64,000 nucleotides of DNA. It comes from a virus. Positions 1 through 8,802 of this stretch are shown piece by piece. Below the pieces are notes generated by a model, which was given only the letters and a program-made list of their open reading frames with translations, had not been told where the DNA came from and did not search any database. The stretch spans positions 8,419-72,418 of IMG/VR virus record IMGVR_UViG_3300032223_001832; one strand, written 5' to 3'. Both the position numbers and the translations under genes were made by a program. How positions within the stretch are numbered: position 1 is the first letter of the stretch; each line of letters begins with the position of its first letter.

Positions 1-2
1 AC

Positions 3-236
3 GTCCCAACAGATAACGATAAAGCTATCTCTATCTCAGTTATTCAAGTTCAGGGTGCAACAGGTTACATCCCAAGCACATTCCAGATTGATGGCGCAAG
101 CCAGACAATCAAGTGGGCTGGTGGCTCTGCTCCTTCACCTACCTCTACATCGGGTAAGCTTGATATCTTCAACTTCTCACTGCTACGTACAGGTAGCGCT
201 TGGATTGTTCTCGGCTCAGCTAACCTGAACTACTAA
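3..236 (+). CDS. 3' end of a tail fibre / virion structural protein (5' truncated by the window)
   Basis: Frame 3 reads VPTDNDKAISISVIQVQGATGY...IKWAGGSAPSPTSTSGKLDIFNFSLLRTGSAWIVLGSANLNY*. The W-x-GG-x-AP...D-IF-x-F tail is typical of phage fibre C-termini. Confidence 0.6.
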   Translation, partial: VPTDNDKAISISVIQVQGATGYIPSTFQIDGASQTIKWAGGSAPSPTSTSGKLDIFNFSLLRTGSAWIVLGSANLNY

Positions 237-254
237 TTAAAAGGAGAATAGCAA

Positions 255-1226
255 GTGCCATTCTTCGCTTCAGAACGCTACATAGGCGGTCTTCTTGGTC
301 GTGGCGGTGGTATTAAGCCGTACCTAAACCGACAAGTAATTACTCGCGGCTACCTTGCTGCTGGGTATAAATCTTCTGTAACTTGGAAGAACGTTGGGTA
401 TGTTGACGCATCCAATGACACTTGGACAAGCCTTGGTGATTTACTAGGTTCTGGCGGCGGCTATGTTGGTGGTAACCACGATTTAAACATCCACTATGTG
501 TGGGGTACCTCAGCTACTATTCAAACTAATACAGCCAACTACTCTAAGTACAACATGCGTACGCACGTAGGTACTGGTGACGCAACTGGCCCAAATACTT
601 GGATGGATGCCGAAGGTATTCAAGACAATAACCTTTTAACAGGTGGCGCTAATAAGTTCTGGGTTGTGTCTAGCGGTGCTACTGTTATTTCACGCTATGA
701 CACATCCAGCAACACCTTCTCTTCAGGATTAACCACAGGTTACGCTTCAGCAAACTTTACTGCTTACCATTATGGAGAACAGTGGGGATATTGGTGGGGA
801 GCTGCTCCAGACACTACAGCATCTAACCGCCTTAAGTTTGTTTACTCTACTGAAACCCAATCTACTCCATCTAACTCTCCTGCCTCAGAAGCTACTCAAA
901 AGGGTTGGTCATCTAAGCTAGGGTACGGTTACGGTGGAAACACTGGCCAAATTACAGCTCGTAAATGGAGTTATGCTACAGAGTCTGTGTCATCAACTGT
1001 TAACAAGCCTATTACCTCTGTAACCGTTCAAGAAGAGAACTTTGATATGGGTCAAGACCACAACTACATGCTAGGCATGTACGACGGCACTAACGGTGTT
1101 CAAAACAACAGAGCGTGGCGTTGGAACTATGCTACAGACTCTGGTTTTGAAGGCAGCTCAAGTATGCAACCTTCTGCTTCTGGTATTGCTGGACGTTCAT
1201 CTGGCGATTGCGCTTGGAGAAACTAA
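255..1226 (+). CDS. Gly/Ser/Thr/Tyr-rich beta-repeat virion-associated protein, paralog 1
   Basis: AGGAG RBS and GTG start; follows the fibre gene; strong block similarity to the next ORF (EENFDMGQDHxYMLGMY, QNNRAWRxNYxTDSG, GRSSGxCxW). Confidence 0.6.
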   Translation: MPFFASERYIGGLLGRGGGIKPYLNRQVITRGYLAAGYKSSVTWKNVGYVDASNDTWTSLGDLLGSGGGYVGGNHDLNIHYVWGTSATIQTNTANYSKYNMRTHVGTGDATGPNTWMDAEGIQDNNLLTGGANKFWVVSSGATVISRYDTSSNTFSSGLTTGYASANFTAYHYGEQWGYWWGAAPDTTASNRLKFVYSTETQSTPSNSPASEATQKGWSSKLGYGYGGNTGQITARKWSYATESVSSTVNKPITSVTVQEENFDMGQDHNYMLGMYDGTNGVQNNRAWRWNYATDSGFEGSSSMQPSASGIAGRSSGDCAWRN

Positions 1227-2183
1227 ATGCCATATTTTAACTTAACAAGCCACGGTGGCGGCACAGGTATTATCGGCGGACGTGCTCCAGGACTTAAGCC
1301 TTTTCTTACACGACAGATTATTGCTCGTGGTTACGTTGCTGGTGGTTACGCTAACAGCAGCCCTTGGACTGACGTAAGCTCAATCAATGCCTCTACAGAC
1401 GTGGCAGGTAGCCATGGAAACCTTTTAGGTTCAGCTGGCGGATATATTGGCGGAGGTTGCAGCCTTACTACAGGTTACGCTTTTGGTTCGGGCGGTATGG
1501 GTAACTACTCAACAGCTTCTCGTTTTAACATGGTAACAAAGACTGGTCAGTCTGATATGTCCATGCCTTACACAGTAGGTGACTGCGAATCTATTCAGGA
1601 CAATGCCCCAGGCACAGGTGGCGCTAGAGGCCTTTGGATTAACGGTAACTCCTCAAGCGGCGGCATGAAGCTTACAGTCGCTACTGATACTTATTCTGGT
1701 TTTAGCACTTCTCTTTCTCAAGCAGGAACAGGCGCAAGCTCCCACATGACTGAGCTCTGGGGTATTTGGTGGGACGATAACGCCACTAACCGTAAGTTTG
1801 TATTTGCTACTGAAACTGAATCAGCCAACGGTGGTGCAGCAGGTTTTTATGGTCAACAAAAAGGAATCTCAACCAAACTTGGCAAAGGTTACGCTGGTAA
1901 CGAAGGTAGCTATAATGCAGGCAACAACCTTCGTATTTGGAACTACGTAACTGAATCTCTAAGCGGAACTGTTGGTAAGCCTATCGGTAACTCTGGTGAA
2001 GAGAACTTTGACATGGGACAAGACCACCAATATATGCTCGGAATGTACAACGGCGCACAAAATAACCGCGCTTGGCGCTTAAACTATTCAACAGATTCAG
2101 GATACGAACTTGGAACTTCTGGGCAACCATCCGCTCCTGGTTCAGGACGCTCTTCAGGTGGATGTTCTTGGTGCTCTGTTTAA
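1227..2183 (+). CDS. Gly/Ser/Thr/Tyr-rich beta-repeat virion-associated protein, paralog 2
   Basis: Abuts and is colinear with 255..1226. Confidence 0.6.
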   Translation: MPYFNLTSHGGGTGIIGGRAPGLKPFLTRQIIARGYVAGGYANSSPWTDVSSINASTDVAGSHGNLLGSAGGYIGGGCSLTTGYAFGSGGMGNYSTASRFNMVTKTGQSDMSMPYTVGDCESIQDNAPGTGGARGLWINGNSSSGGMKLTVATDTYSGFSTSLSQAGTGASSHMTELWGIWWDDNATNRKFVFATETESANGGAAGFYGQQKGISTKLGKGYAGNEGSYNAGNNLRIWNYVTESLSGTVGKPIGNSGEENFDMGQDHQYMLGMYNGAQNNRAWRLNYSTDSGYELGTSGQPSAPGSGRSSGGCSWCSV

Positions 2184-2192
2184 TGCTAAACT
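2184..2192 (+). promoter_or_regulatory. Extended -10 promoter element (TGcTAAACT)
   Basis: TGnTAnnnT pattern in the short gap ahead of the AGGAG RBS of 2221. Confidence 0.4.
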
Positions 2193-2220
2193 AACCCCCT
2201 TAACTTATTAGGAGATTAAT

Positions 2221-3012
2221 ATGGACGATAGACTACTACCAGCTCAAATCGATACTAAACGATATGACCTCACAGGTAAGCAAAAAGAACTTGCTGAGTT
2301 TGCTATGGGATACGAACACGCGCAGTCTGAGTTTAAGACTAAGCACTTTGTCGGTAATGCCCAAATTACTCCTTACCAAAAGTACAAGCAGTTCTTGTTA
2401 GAGCTTCGCACCCGTGAAGAGTCCATTGAATTGATGCTTATTCAACTTGAGATTAAGAAAGCTGAAATAGCTGTAGAGTTGGAAAAGGGCGAGCAGTCTA
2501 ACCTTCCTGCTTTTAAGAACCTTTGCGCAATGAACGCTCGGGATAAAGAGCGTGAATCTCTACTAGTTGAGCGCCGTTTACAACAGGCAATCTTTGAGCG
2601 AGACCAGTACGTTCGACTTTTAGAAGAGATGTATACAACAGGTGAAGCCTATCTCCCTGACGGCATGGACCTAAAAGACGCAATTACTGACGTTTATTTG
2701 GACGCTCAACTTGAACGTGACCATTGGATTACTCGCCTTAGCAAGCAGGCGGCATTGGACCTTTTGGCCTACGGTCAAATTGGCACAGGAAACATGGAAG
2801 CTATCACCATGCTTTCAGACATTGACGCTGCCGAGGTTATTAACGTAGCTATTGGTTACTCTAACCGTCTTAAGAATGAAATGGTAAATGTAGAGCAAAA
2901 AGTATTAGAAGAGATTAAAGACACTGGGTTAAAGTCGCTCGATATCCACGCTACTAGAAGTAACGCTTTGAACAAGTCTCTTAACGTTAGTGAGAAAAAG
3001 GCACTTAACTAA
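2221..3012 (+). CDS. Hypothetical coiled-coil protein
   Basis: AGGAG RBS; E/K/L-rich helical centre. Confidence 0.75.
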   Translation: MDDRLLPAQIDTKRYDLTGKQKELAEFAMGYEHAQSEFKTKHFVGNAQITPYQKYKQFLLELRTREESIELMLIQLEIKKAEIAVELEKGEQSNLPAFKNLCAMNARDKERESLLVERRLQQAIFERDQYVRLLEEMYTTGEAYLPDGMDLKDAITDVYLDAQLERDHWITRLSKQAALDLLAYGQIGTGNMEAITMLSDIDAAEVINVAIGYSNRLKNEMVNVEQKVLEEIKDTGLKSLDIHATRSNALNKSLNVSEKKALN

Positions 3013-3401
3013 TGTACTACGCTGTATTTTTAGATGATTACTTAAAAGTAAAAGATTACTTTGAGTGGCAAGAACTAGGCAGAGCTTACCTATCTGTTAT
3101 CTTAAAGTACGATAACGTTCCTGATATAGACCACGTTGAACTTACCGAAGACGAAGCCTACGCTTTTATTTTCTCTGAGATTCCAGAAGGGTACTCAAAG
3201 ATTACTGTTCGAGAGAACACACATATTTGGGATAGACTACAAGATAAGCCTCTAGAAAAGAGCCCACAGCTTGATAGAATGGGTAACGTTATGGAGGGCG
3301 TATTTAAATATAAATACACTGTTACGGAAGAAGATTTGGAGAATGCGGCGTCTTTAAACAAAAAGATTGCACAATGGATACCTTATGGAGAAACCAACTA
3401 G
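3012..3401 (+). CDS. Hypothetical protein
   Basis: TAATG coupling to the upstream gene. Confidence 0.7.
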   Translation: MYYAVFLDDYLKVKDYFEWQELGRAYLSVILKYDNVPDIDHVELTEDEAYAFIFSEIPEGYSKITVRENTHIWDRLQDKPLEKSPQLDRMGNVMEGVFKYKYTVTEEDLENAASLNKKIAQWIPYGETN

Positions 3402-4098
3402 TATTCAATTCATCCTTAATGATGAAGACCTGCCTGATATTTATGAGGCACCTAAACCAGCTAAATCTCAGTTCCCTGATTGGTATAAAGACGCGTCTCC
3501 TACCATAAACCGTGAAGAAGTAAAAATACTTCCAAACGGTAAACGCAACGGTACGTATAAAAAGTGCATGCCTTTTATGGATGCTATGGCGTCTGGTTAT
3601 ATTGTCACCTTGCCTTGCGACGTGCTTGTAGTAAAAGACCCAATGGGTAACCAAGCATTTCAATGGACGGTTGACGGCAACGTTGTCGCTACCCATAGTA
3701 AGTCAGAGCACCCAGGTTTTCCCATACCTGATGGGTACAACCAGACAGTATTTACTTGGCTCGGTCACCACATTATAAAAACCCCTAAAGGAACTAGTTG
3801 CCTGTTTACTCACCCACTAAACCGCAATGACCTACCTTTTAGAGTTGTTAGTGGTGTGGTGGACACTGATGCCTACCTTGCCCCTGTGGATTCACCATTT
3901 TTAATTGAAAAGAGCTTCACTGGTATACTTCCTCAAGGAACACCTATCTGCCAAATAATTCCTTTTAGACGAGAAAGCTGGGTTTCAGCTGTAGCCCATC
4001 TAACCAAGAAGGAACTAAACAACTGGATGAACAGGTACATGAGCAAGCTGGTCTCAGCTTATCGGGCTTCTGTTTGGTCTAAAAAGGAGTACAACTAA
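3385..4098 (+). CDS. DUF6065-like / dUTPase-like-fold phage protein, paralog 1
   Basis: PxW(Y)K, KxCxPFxDxMxSGY, TPxGxS..THPxNR, SGVVDxD and GTPIxQxIPFxRExW motifs; start moved to the ATG at 3385. Confidence 0.55.
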   Translation: MEKPTSIQFILNDEDLPDIYEAPKPAKSQFPDWYKDASPTINREEVKILPNGKRNGTYKKCMPFMDAMASGYIVTLPCDVLVVKDPMGNQAFQWTVDGNVVATHSKSEHPGFPIPDGYNQTVFTWLGHHIIKTPKGTSCLFTHPLNRNDLPFRVVSGVVDTDAYLAPVDSPFLIEKSFTGILPQGTPICQIIPFRRESWVSAVAHLTKKELNNWMNRYMSKLVSAYRASVWSKKEYN

Positions 4099-5744
4099 TG
4101 TTTAGCGTACCGTTAAACCCAAAGCTTAACCCAGAGCAGATGGAAGAGTTTATTAAGTTCCTGTCTGATTACAAGGACTACATCTACGACTTCTACTTTA
4201 CCTGCCGCATCCCACCGTTTACTCAAGATGCTATGGGAGACGTGTTTACTCAAGGTGACGACGACTGGACTTATCTTATTGAGCTAGCCCTATACATTCA
4301 GAATGAGACTGGAGTTACCGCTTCAGCAGTCTTTAACAATACTGAAGTTCGTCCGTCTCAAGATAACCTTGACTTGTTTATATTAAACTTTCGTCAACTT
4401 TATAAAGCGGGCATCCGCTCAGTCACTATCCCACACACTCACTGGATGGCCACTGGTCAGATTAAAACCGCTTTCCCTGAGCTATTCGTAAAGAACACCA
4501 TCCTTCGTAATGTAAGCGAGCCTCGTGATATTGAGAAGCTAGCCCAGGCTGGCTTTGACTACATCAACTTGGACCGCGACCTTATGCGCGACCATGACAA
4601 GTTATTGCGCTTTAAGAAAGCTAAGGAAAAGTACGGAGTAAAGATTTCTCTTCTTGCTAATGAAGGCTGCCTTGGTGGCTGCATCATGATGGACGAACAC
4701 TATCAATTTAACAACACTCGTACCGATGGACCTCAGTATTTTACTGACCCTATCAGCCGCGTCTCTTGTATGAAGTGGGATAGACAAGATTCAGCCGTAG
4801 CCCTAAAGACCGCGAACTTTCCACCCTGGCGTGAAGACTGGGAGGAGTTCCTAAACGACTTTGGTATTGACGTCATTAAGATGCACGGCCGTGAGTCGAC
4901 TACCCGCTTGCGCGAAACCATGGACATCATCAAGAAGTACGCTGCTGGGGAAGAGATTCTCTATGAGCACTTTAATGATTTCATTGAAGAGAAGAACATG
5001 GTGGATAAGCCCATCAATATCTGGCGCAATAAAATCAAAAACTGCAAGTTTGATTGCTGGGACTGTGGGTACTGCGACAAGATTATCCAAGCCAAGTACG
5101 GTAATAACATTGACGCAAAAGTCGACTTTGTCGTACAAGCTTTGGTGGACGCGGTTAACAAACATGTTCACATTCATCACATCCCTGGGTTGACCAGTCA
5201 GCGCGTTCAGTCATTGCTTAACGTATTGGCGTCCAAGTCGACCACTTACCTAGAGGTTGGTTCATACCTAGGGGCTACAAGCTCATCCGCGCTAATGGAT
5301 AATACCCTTAACGCTTACTTTGTAGACCTATGGGAAGAAGACATCCAACCAGCCGAAGCTAACATTGAGCTCCCGCCTAACAGTCGAGCTCAGTTTGAAA
5401 AGAACATTGCCCCTTATGTAGGCGACAGTGCAATCCACGTAATACAGGAAGATATGCTGGCGGTAGACACCTCAGCTATCCAGAATGTAGACCTGTTCTT
5501 CTATGACGGTCCGCACGATTACGCAAGCGTCTATAAAGCAATCCTCCACTATAAAGATACGTTTGCTAAACAGACAGTCCTAGTAATGGATGATGCTAAC
5601 TGGACAGACACTGTGCTTGCCACAGATGCTGCCCTAAAAGATGCGGGATTAAAACCCGTGTACACTAAGAAAGTGCTAAACGCCGTTGAATCAGCCAAAG
5701 ACTGGTGGAATGGTTTATATATTGTAGTAGTTAACAAGGAGTAA
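4098..5744 (+). CDS. U32-family (Fe-S, TIM-barrel) protein fused to a class I SAM-dependent methyltransferase
   Basis: N-terminus: LDRDLMRD, NEGCLGGC..H, IKMHGR (cf. U32 LKIEGR) and CKFDCWDCGYC. C-terminus: YLEVGSYLG, VDLFFYDGPH, VMDDANW. Confidence 0.7.
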   Translation: MFSVPLNPKLNPEQMEEFIKFLSDYKDYIYDFYFTCRIPPFTQDAMGDVFTQGDDDWTYLIELALYIQNETGVTASAVFNNTEVRPSQDNLDLFILNFRQLYKAGIRSVTIPHTHWMATGQIKTAFPELFVKNTILRNVSEPRDIEKLAQAGFDYINLDRDLMRDHDKLLRFKKAKEKYGVKISLLANEGCLGGCIMMDEHYQFNNTRTDGPQYFTDPISRVSCMKWDRQDSAVALKTANFPPWREDWEEFLNDFGIDVIKMHGRESTTRLRETMDIIKKYAAGEEILYEHFNDFIEEKNMVDKPINIWRNKIKNCKFDCWDCGYCDKIIQAKYGNNIDAKVDFVVQALVDAVNKHVHIHHIPGLTSQRVQSLLNVLASKSTTYLEVGSYLGATSSSALMDNTLNAYFVDLWEEDIQPAEANIELPPNSRAQFEKNIAPYVGDSAIHVIQEDMLAVDTSAIQNVDLFFYDGPHDYASVYKAILHYKDTFAKQTVLVMDDANWTDTVLATDAALKDAGLKPVYTKKVLNAVESAKDWWNGLYIVVVNKE

Positions 5745-5746
5745 TA

Positions 5747-6661
5747 ATGCCGTCTTTATTGGTTCTTTTTTCAGAGTGGTACTACATCTTGATGCTTGGC
5801 ACAGTGTTGGTGCTTTCGTTTTACGCACGTAAGTATGATGTGTTTCAGCCGTTGTACGCTGGAGTATCTAAGGTATTTAAGTCTAAGAGGGCGGTTATTG
5901 CCGTAACATCTGCTATCTCTGGCGTACTACCTATCAATGGTCGAGTAGTTGTATCAGCGGGTATTCTAAACACAATAGCCCCTTCCGACGCTGAAAAACG
6001 TAAAAAGTACGCAATCATTGATTACTTAGCCACACACCACTTCTACTTCTGGTCACCTTTGGAGCAAACAGTTATTGTTCCTATGGCCGCCCTTCACATT
6101 TCATATTGGACTTTCCTAGGTCGTACTTGGGCCATTTTGGCTACTGCTATAACCTGCGCCCTTTGGTACATTTTTGGTGTTCTTAAAGAAGACGATGTAG
6201 AAATCAACTTCCGCACAGAACGTGTCCGTCAAGATATGAATGCTCGTGAGGAGTTCCGCAAGGGAGTAAAGACATTAGCACTAGTTACAGGCCTTTTGAT
6301 GGCAGGTAACTTTGTAGGCTACCACCATGCTGCGTTTGAGCACCTGTTTAATAATGCTCAAAAGACTAGCCTTTTGATTGTTGTTCTTCTTGCTTCTTTT
6401 GCTATTAGCTGGTTGCTCGGCAGTAGTGAGAAGTTCTCAGGTCTTATTGGAATTTCTGCAGCAGCTTTTGGTCTTCAGTACCTACCGTTGTTGTTTGCCG
6501 TTAACTGGGGTGGGTACTTCCTGTCCCCACTTCATAAGTGCATGTTGCTAGGTCGTCAAATCTTTGGCGCAAGCCTTAAGGATTATTACAAGGTTCTTGT
6601 GGGAGTAGTTGCTATGGTCATTATGGTTGCTATTGTCCACACTTACACAACAGGTCTTTAA
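5747..6661 (+). CDS. Polytopic membrane protein, DUF401 / ion-transporter-superfamily-like
   Basis: Many hydrophobic segments; GVLPxxG, HxxxxWSPL and GYFLSPLHKC motifs. Confidence 0.55.
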   Translation: MPSLLVLFSEWYYILMLGTVLVLSFYARKYDVFQPLYAGVSKVFKSKRAVIAVTSAISGVLPINGRVVVSAGILNTIAPSDAEKRKKYAIIDYLATHHFYFWSPLEQTVIVPMAALHISYWTFLGRTWAILATAITCALWYIFGVLKEDDVEINFRTERVRQDMNAREEFRKGVKTLALVTGLLMAGNFVGYHHAAFEHLFNNAQKTSLLIVVLLASFAISWLLGSSEKFSGLIGISAAAFGLQYLPLLFAVNWGGYFLSPLHKCMLLGRQIFGASLKDYYKVLVGVVAMVIMVAIVHTYTTGL

Positions 6662-7356
6662 TGAAGAAGATTGAATTTATCCCCAACTCAGAGCATACTG
6701 GTCAAGCTTTAAATCCCCCTGCTCCGAGTAGGGGGTTTATTCCTCAGTGGTATAAAGACTCTACTCGCTACACAACAGGTAATGACCTTACCTTTAGTAA
6801 CGATGGGGAACCAAATAAAAACTACAAACTCTGTGTACCTTTTCTAGACATTATGACTTCGGGGTACATCATCGAACTTCCTTACGATGTCCACGTAGAG
6901 AAAATTGGTGACCGTATTGCCTTTAACTGGAACGATGCACCAGGCTTAGTATCAGCTAGACGAAACCTTAAAGGCATGCCTCGTCCAGCAGGTTGTTTAG
7001 ACCAAGCTTATGCTTGGACTTTCTTTTGGGGAGTTAAAACACCCGTAGGTTACAGCGCGATTATCACGCACCCATTTAACAGACATGATTTACCATTTAT
7101 AACAACTAGCGGAATTGTTGAATCCGATAATTTTAGCCAGGGCGGGGAGATACCGTTCTTCCTTAAAGCTGACTTTGAAGGCATGATTCCTGCTGGAACG
7201 CCTATTGCTCAGGTAATTCCTTTTAAACGAGAAGACTGGGTATCTGAAGCAAAAGAGTATGATGACACGTTCTTTCAGCAACAGGTTTACGCGCTCCATA
7301 GAAACATTACTGGGGCGTACAAGCGTCTATTTTGGCGCAAGAAGAACTACGACTAA
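6661..7356 (+). CDS. DUF6065-like / dUTPase-like-fold phage protein, paralog 2
   Basis: Same motif series as 3385..4098 (KLCVPFLDIMTSGY, THPFNR, GTPIAQVIPFKREDW). Confidence 0.55.
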   Translation: MKKIEFIPNSEHTGQALNPPAPSRGFIPQWYKDSTRYTTGNDLTFSNDGEPNKNYKLCVPFLDIMTSGYIIELPYDVHVEKIGDRIAFNWNDAPGLVSARRNLKGMPRPAGCLDQAYAWTFFWGVKTPVGYSAIITHPFNRHDLPFITTSGIVESDNFSQGGEIPFFLKADFEGMIPAGTPIAQVIPFKREDWVSEAKEYDDTFFQQQVYALHRNITGAYKRLFWRKKNYD

Positions 7357-7394
7357 ACCCTGCGCTTTAATCCCGTATGCAAGATAATGGGGTA

Positions 7395-7919
7395 ATGCGT
7401 TCCTATAAGCCAGGTGGCCGCTTTGATGCGGACTTTGAAACCGACGATATCCTTAAAGGTATTGACGCTGACCTAAAAAATCCAGTAGGAACTCATGCGC
7501 TTTGGTATATCTGGGACGACACAAACTCCCACGTTGACCCTATCTATGACGTTGGTGCAGACCCCGCTTTGGGTGTTGGCTATGGCCGCACTTGGAGAGG
7601 GCCATACAAGCTTCCAGTAATCCGTGCTATTTGGAGTCAGGGAGATGTTAAAACCTCTGAAATCGGTTACTACAACGATGATACTTTGCATCTTACTCTT
7701 AACGCACAAGACATCGAAACCATAGCCCCAGGGTTCTTTAAGATTCCAGAAATTCAATTACGAGGACGTTTGATTTGGAAGAACCAGGTTTACCGCCCAT
7801 ACGGAATTCAGCAACGTGGTATTGTTGCTGAACGATACACAATCGTAACTGTTGAGTGTATCCAGGTAATGCCTGAAGAAATGATTAACGACCCTCAATT
7901 CCAAGCCTATGCTAACTAA
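7395..7919 (+). CDS. Probable neck / head-closure virion protein
   Basis: Position ahead of tail genes and a beta-rich sequence; likely start is the ATG at 7395 (ORF track starts at 7377). Confidence 0.45.
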   Translation: MRSYKPGGRFDADFETDDILKGIDADLKNPVGTHALWYIWDDTNSHVDPIYDVGADPALGVGYGRTWRGPYKLPVIRAIWSQGDVKTSEIGYYNDDTLHLTLNAQDIETIAPGFFKIPEIQLRGRLIWKNQVYRPYGIQQRGIVAERYTIVTVECIQVMPEEMINDPQFQAYAN

Positions 7920-7927
7920 GGAGCTTT

Positions 7928-8209
7928 ATGGCAATCGTACACCTCAATAAAACAGTAACTACTGCCGTTACTGCGTTAACTACTTTAGATTCAATTACAG
8001 AATACACAGCAGTGTCTATTCAAAACAATGACTCAGCTGCTATCTATGTAGGAGACGCTACAATTTCAACTTCGGGTGCAAACAAGGGCCATACTGTAGC
8101 TAACGGGACTACCTTTCAAATTTGGCTTCGTGCTAACGATACTATCTATGCTATCTCAGCAGCAGGTACTGCAGCTAACGCTGTGTCGGTTCTTTACTCA
8201 CAAGTCTAA
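7928..8209 (+). CDS. Small beta-rich virion decoration-type protein
   Basis: AGGAG RBS; IQN..AIYVG..G..V..G...IYAIS pattern. Confidence 0.55.
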   Translation: MAIVHLNKTVTTAVTALTTLDSITEYTAVSIQNNDSAAIYVGDATISTSGANKGHTVANGTTFQIWLRANDTIYAISAAGTAANAVSVLYSQV

Positions 8210-8210
8210 A

Positions 8211-8360
8211 ATGCCTTTTAAGTCTCAACAGCAAGAAAAGTGGATGTGGGCAACCCATCCTCAGATGGCCCAGCAATGGGAAAAGCACACACCCAAGGGC
8301 AAGACGTTGCCCAAGAAAGTAGGTAAGCATGGCGGTAAAAAAGGCAGCAAAAAAGCCTAA
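8211..8360 (+). CDS. Small basic protein (MPFKSQQQ.. type)
   Basis: ATG immediately after the upstream stop; MPFKS-x-x-Q..W..HP..A..W motif; Lys-rich tail. Confidence 0.65.
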   Translation: MPFKSQQQEKWMWATHPQMAQQWEKHTPKGKTLPKKVGKHGGKKGSKKA

Positions 8361-8508
8361 GCTTGGTTCTGGAAAGCGCTTCGAAGAAATTGAAGAGAAA
8401 GCTAAGAAGTCTGGAGCTAAAAACCCTGGAGCTGTAGCTGCAGCTGCAGGTATAAAGAAGTACGGCGTCAAGAAAATGGAAAAAATGGCACAGAAGGGAA
8501 AGAAATAA
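8329..8508 (+). CDS. Small Lys/Ala-rich basic protein, 59 aa (not in ORF track)
   Basis: MAVKKAAKKPKLGSGKRFEEIEEKAKKSGAKNPGAVAAAAGIKKYGVKKMEKMAQKGKK*; AGGT RBS; TAATG coupling to the next gene. Confidence 0.7.
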   Translation: MAVKKAAKKPKLGSGKRFEEIEEKAKKSGAKNPGAVAAAAGIKKYGVKKMEKMAQKGKK

Positions 8509-8699
8509 TGTGCGCTACATGTGGTTGCATGAAGAAGGCCGATAAGAAGCAGGACGCAAAGCTTATGAAGGGTATGACCCCTAAGCAAAAGGCGGCTTTT
8601 GAAAAGGCTGACAAGAAGATGGATAAGAAGAAGCCATCTCGCAAGAAGGACGAAGAGCTAGATAAGGCTCTTGCCAAAAAGGTCAAGAAAAAGAAGTAA
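8508..8699 (+). CDS. Small Lys-rich protein with N-terminal CxxCxC
   Basis: MCATCGC followed by a K/D-rich helix; ends just before a terminator. Confidence 0.7.
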   Translation: MCATCGCMKKADKKQDAKLMKGMTPKQKAAFEKADKKMDKKKPSRKKDEELDKALAKKVKKKK

Positions 8700-8703
8700 G
8701 CTT

Positions 8704-8726
8704 AGGCCCCCGAAAGGGGGCCTTTT
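8704..8726 (+). terminator. Intrinsic terminator
   Basis: AGGCCCCC-GAAA-GGGGGCCT followed by TTT. Confidence 0.85.
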
Positions 8727-8802
8727 GCTTTATGCTTTAACTAATTCCGTGCGGAATTAAAGCTCTACCCTGCGTTGTAATTTGCCCTCCATTAGGAGAC
8801 CC

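Noticed and set aside
255-2183. Diversity-generating retroelement (template/variable repeat pair) between the two paralogs
   Set aside because: Differences are mostly synonymous and not adenine-specific, both copies are full ORFs, and no reverse transcriptase is present in the window.
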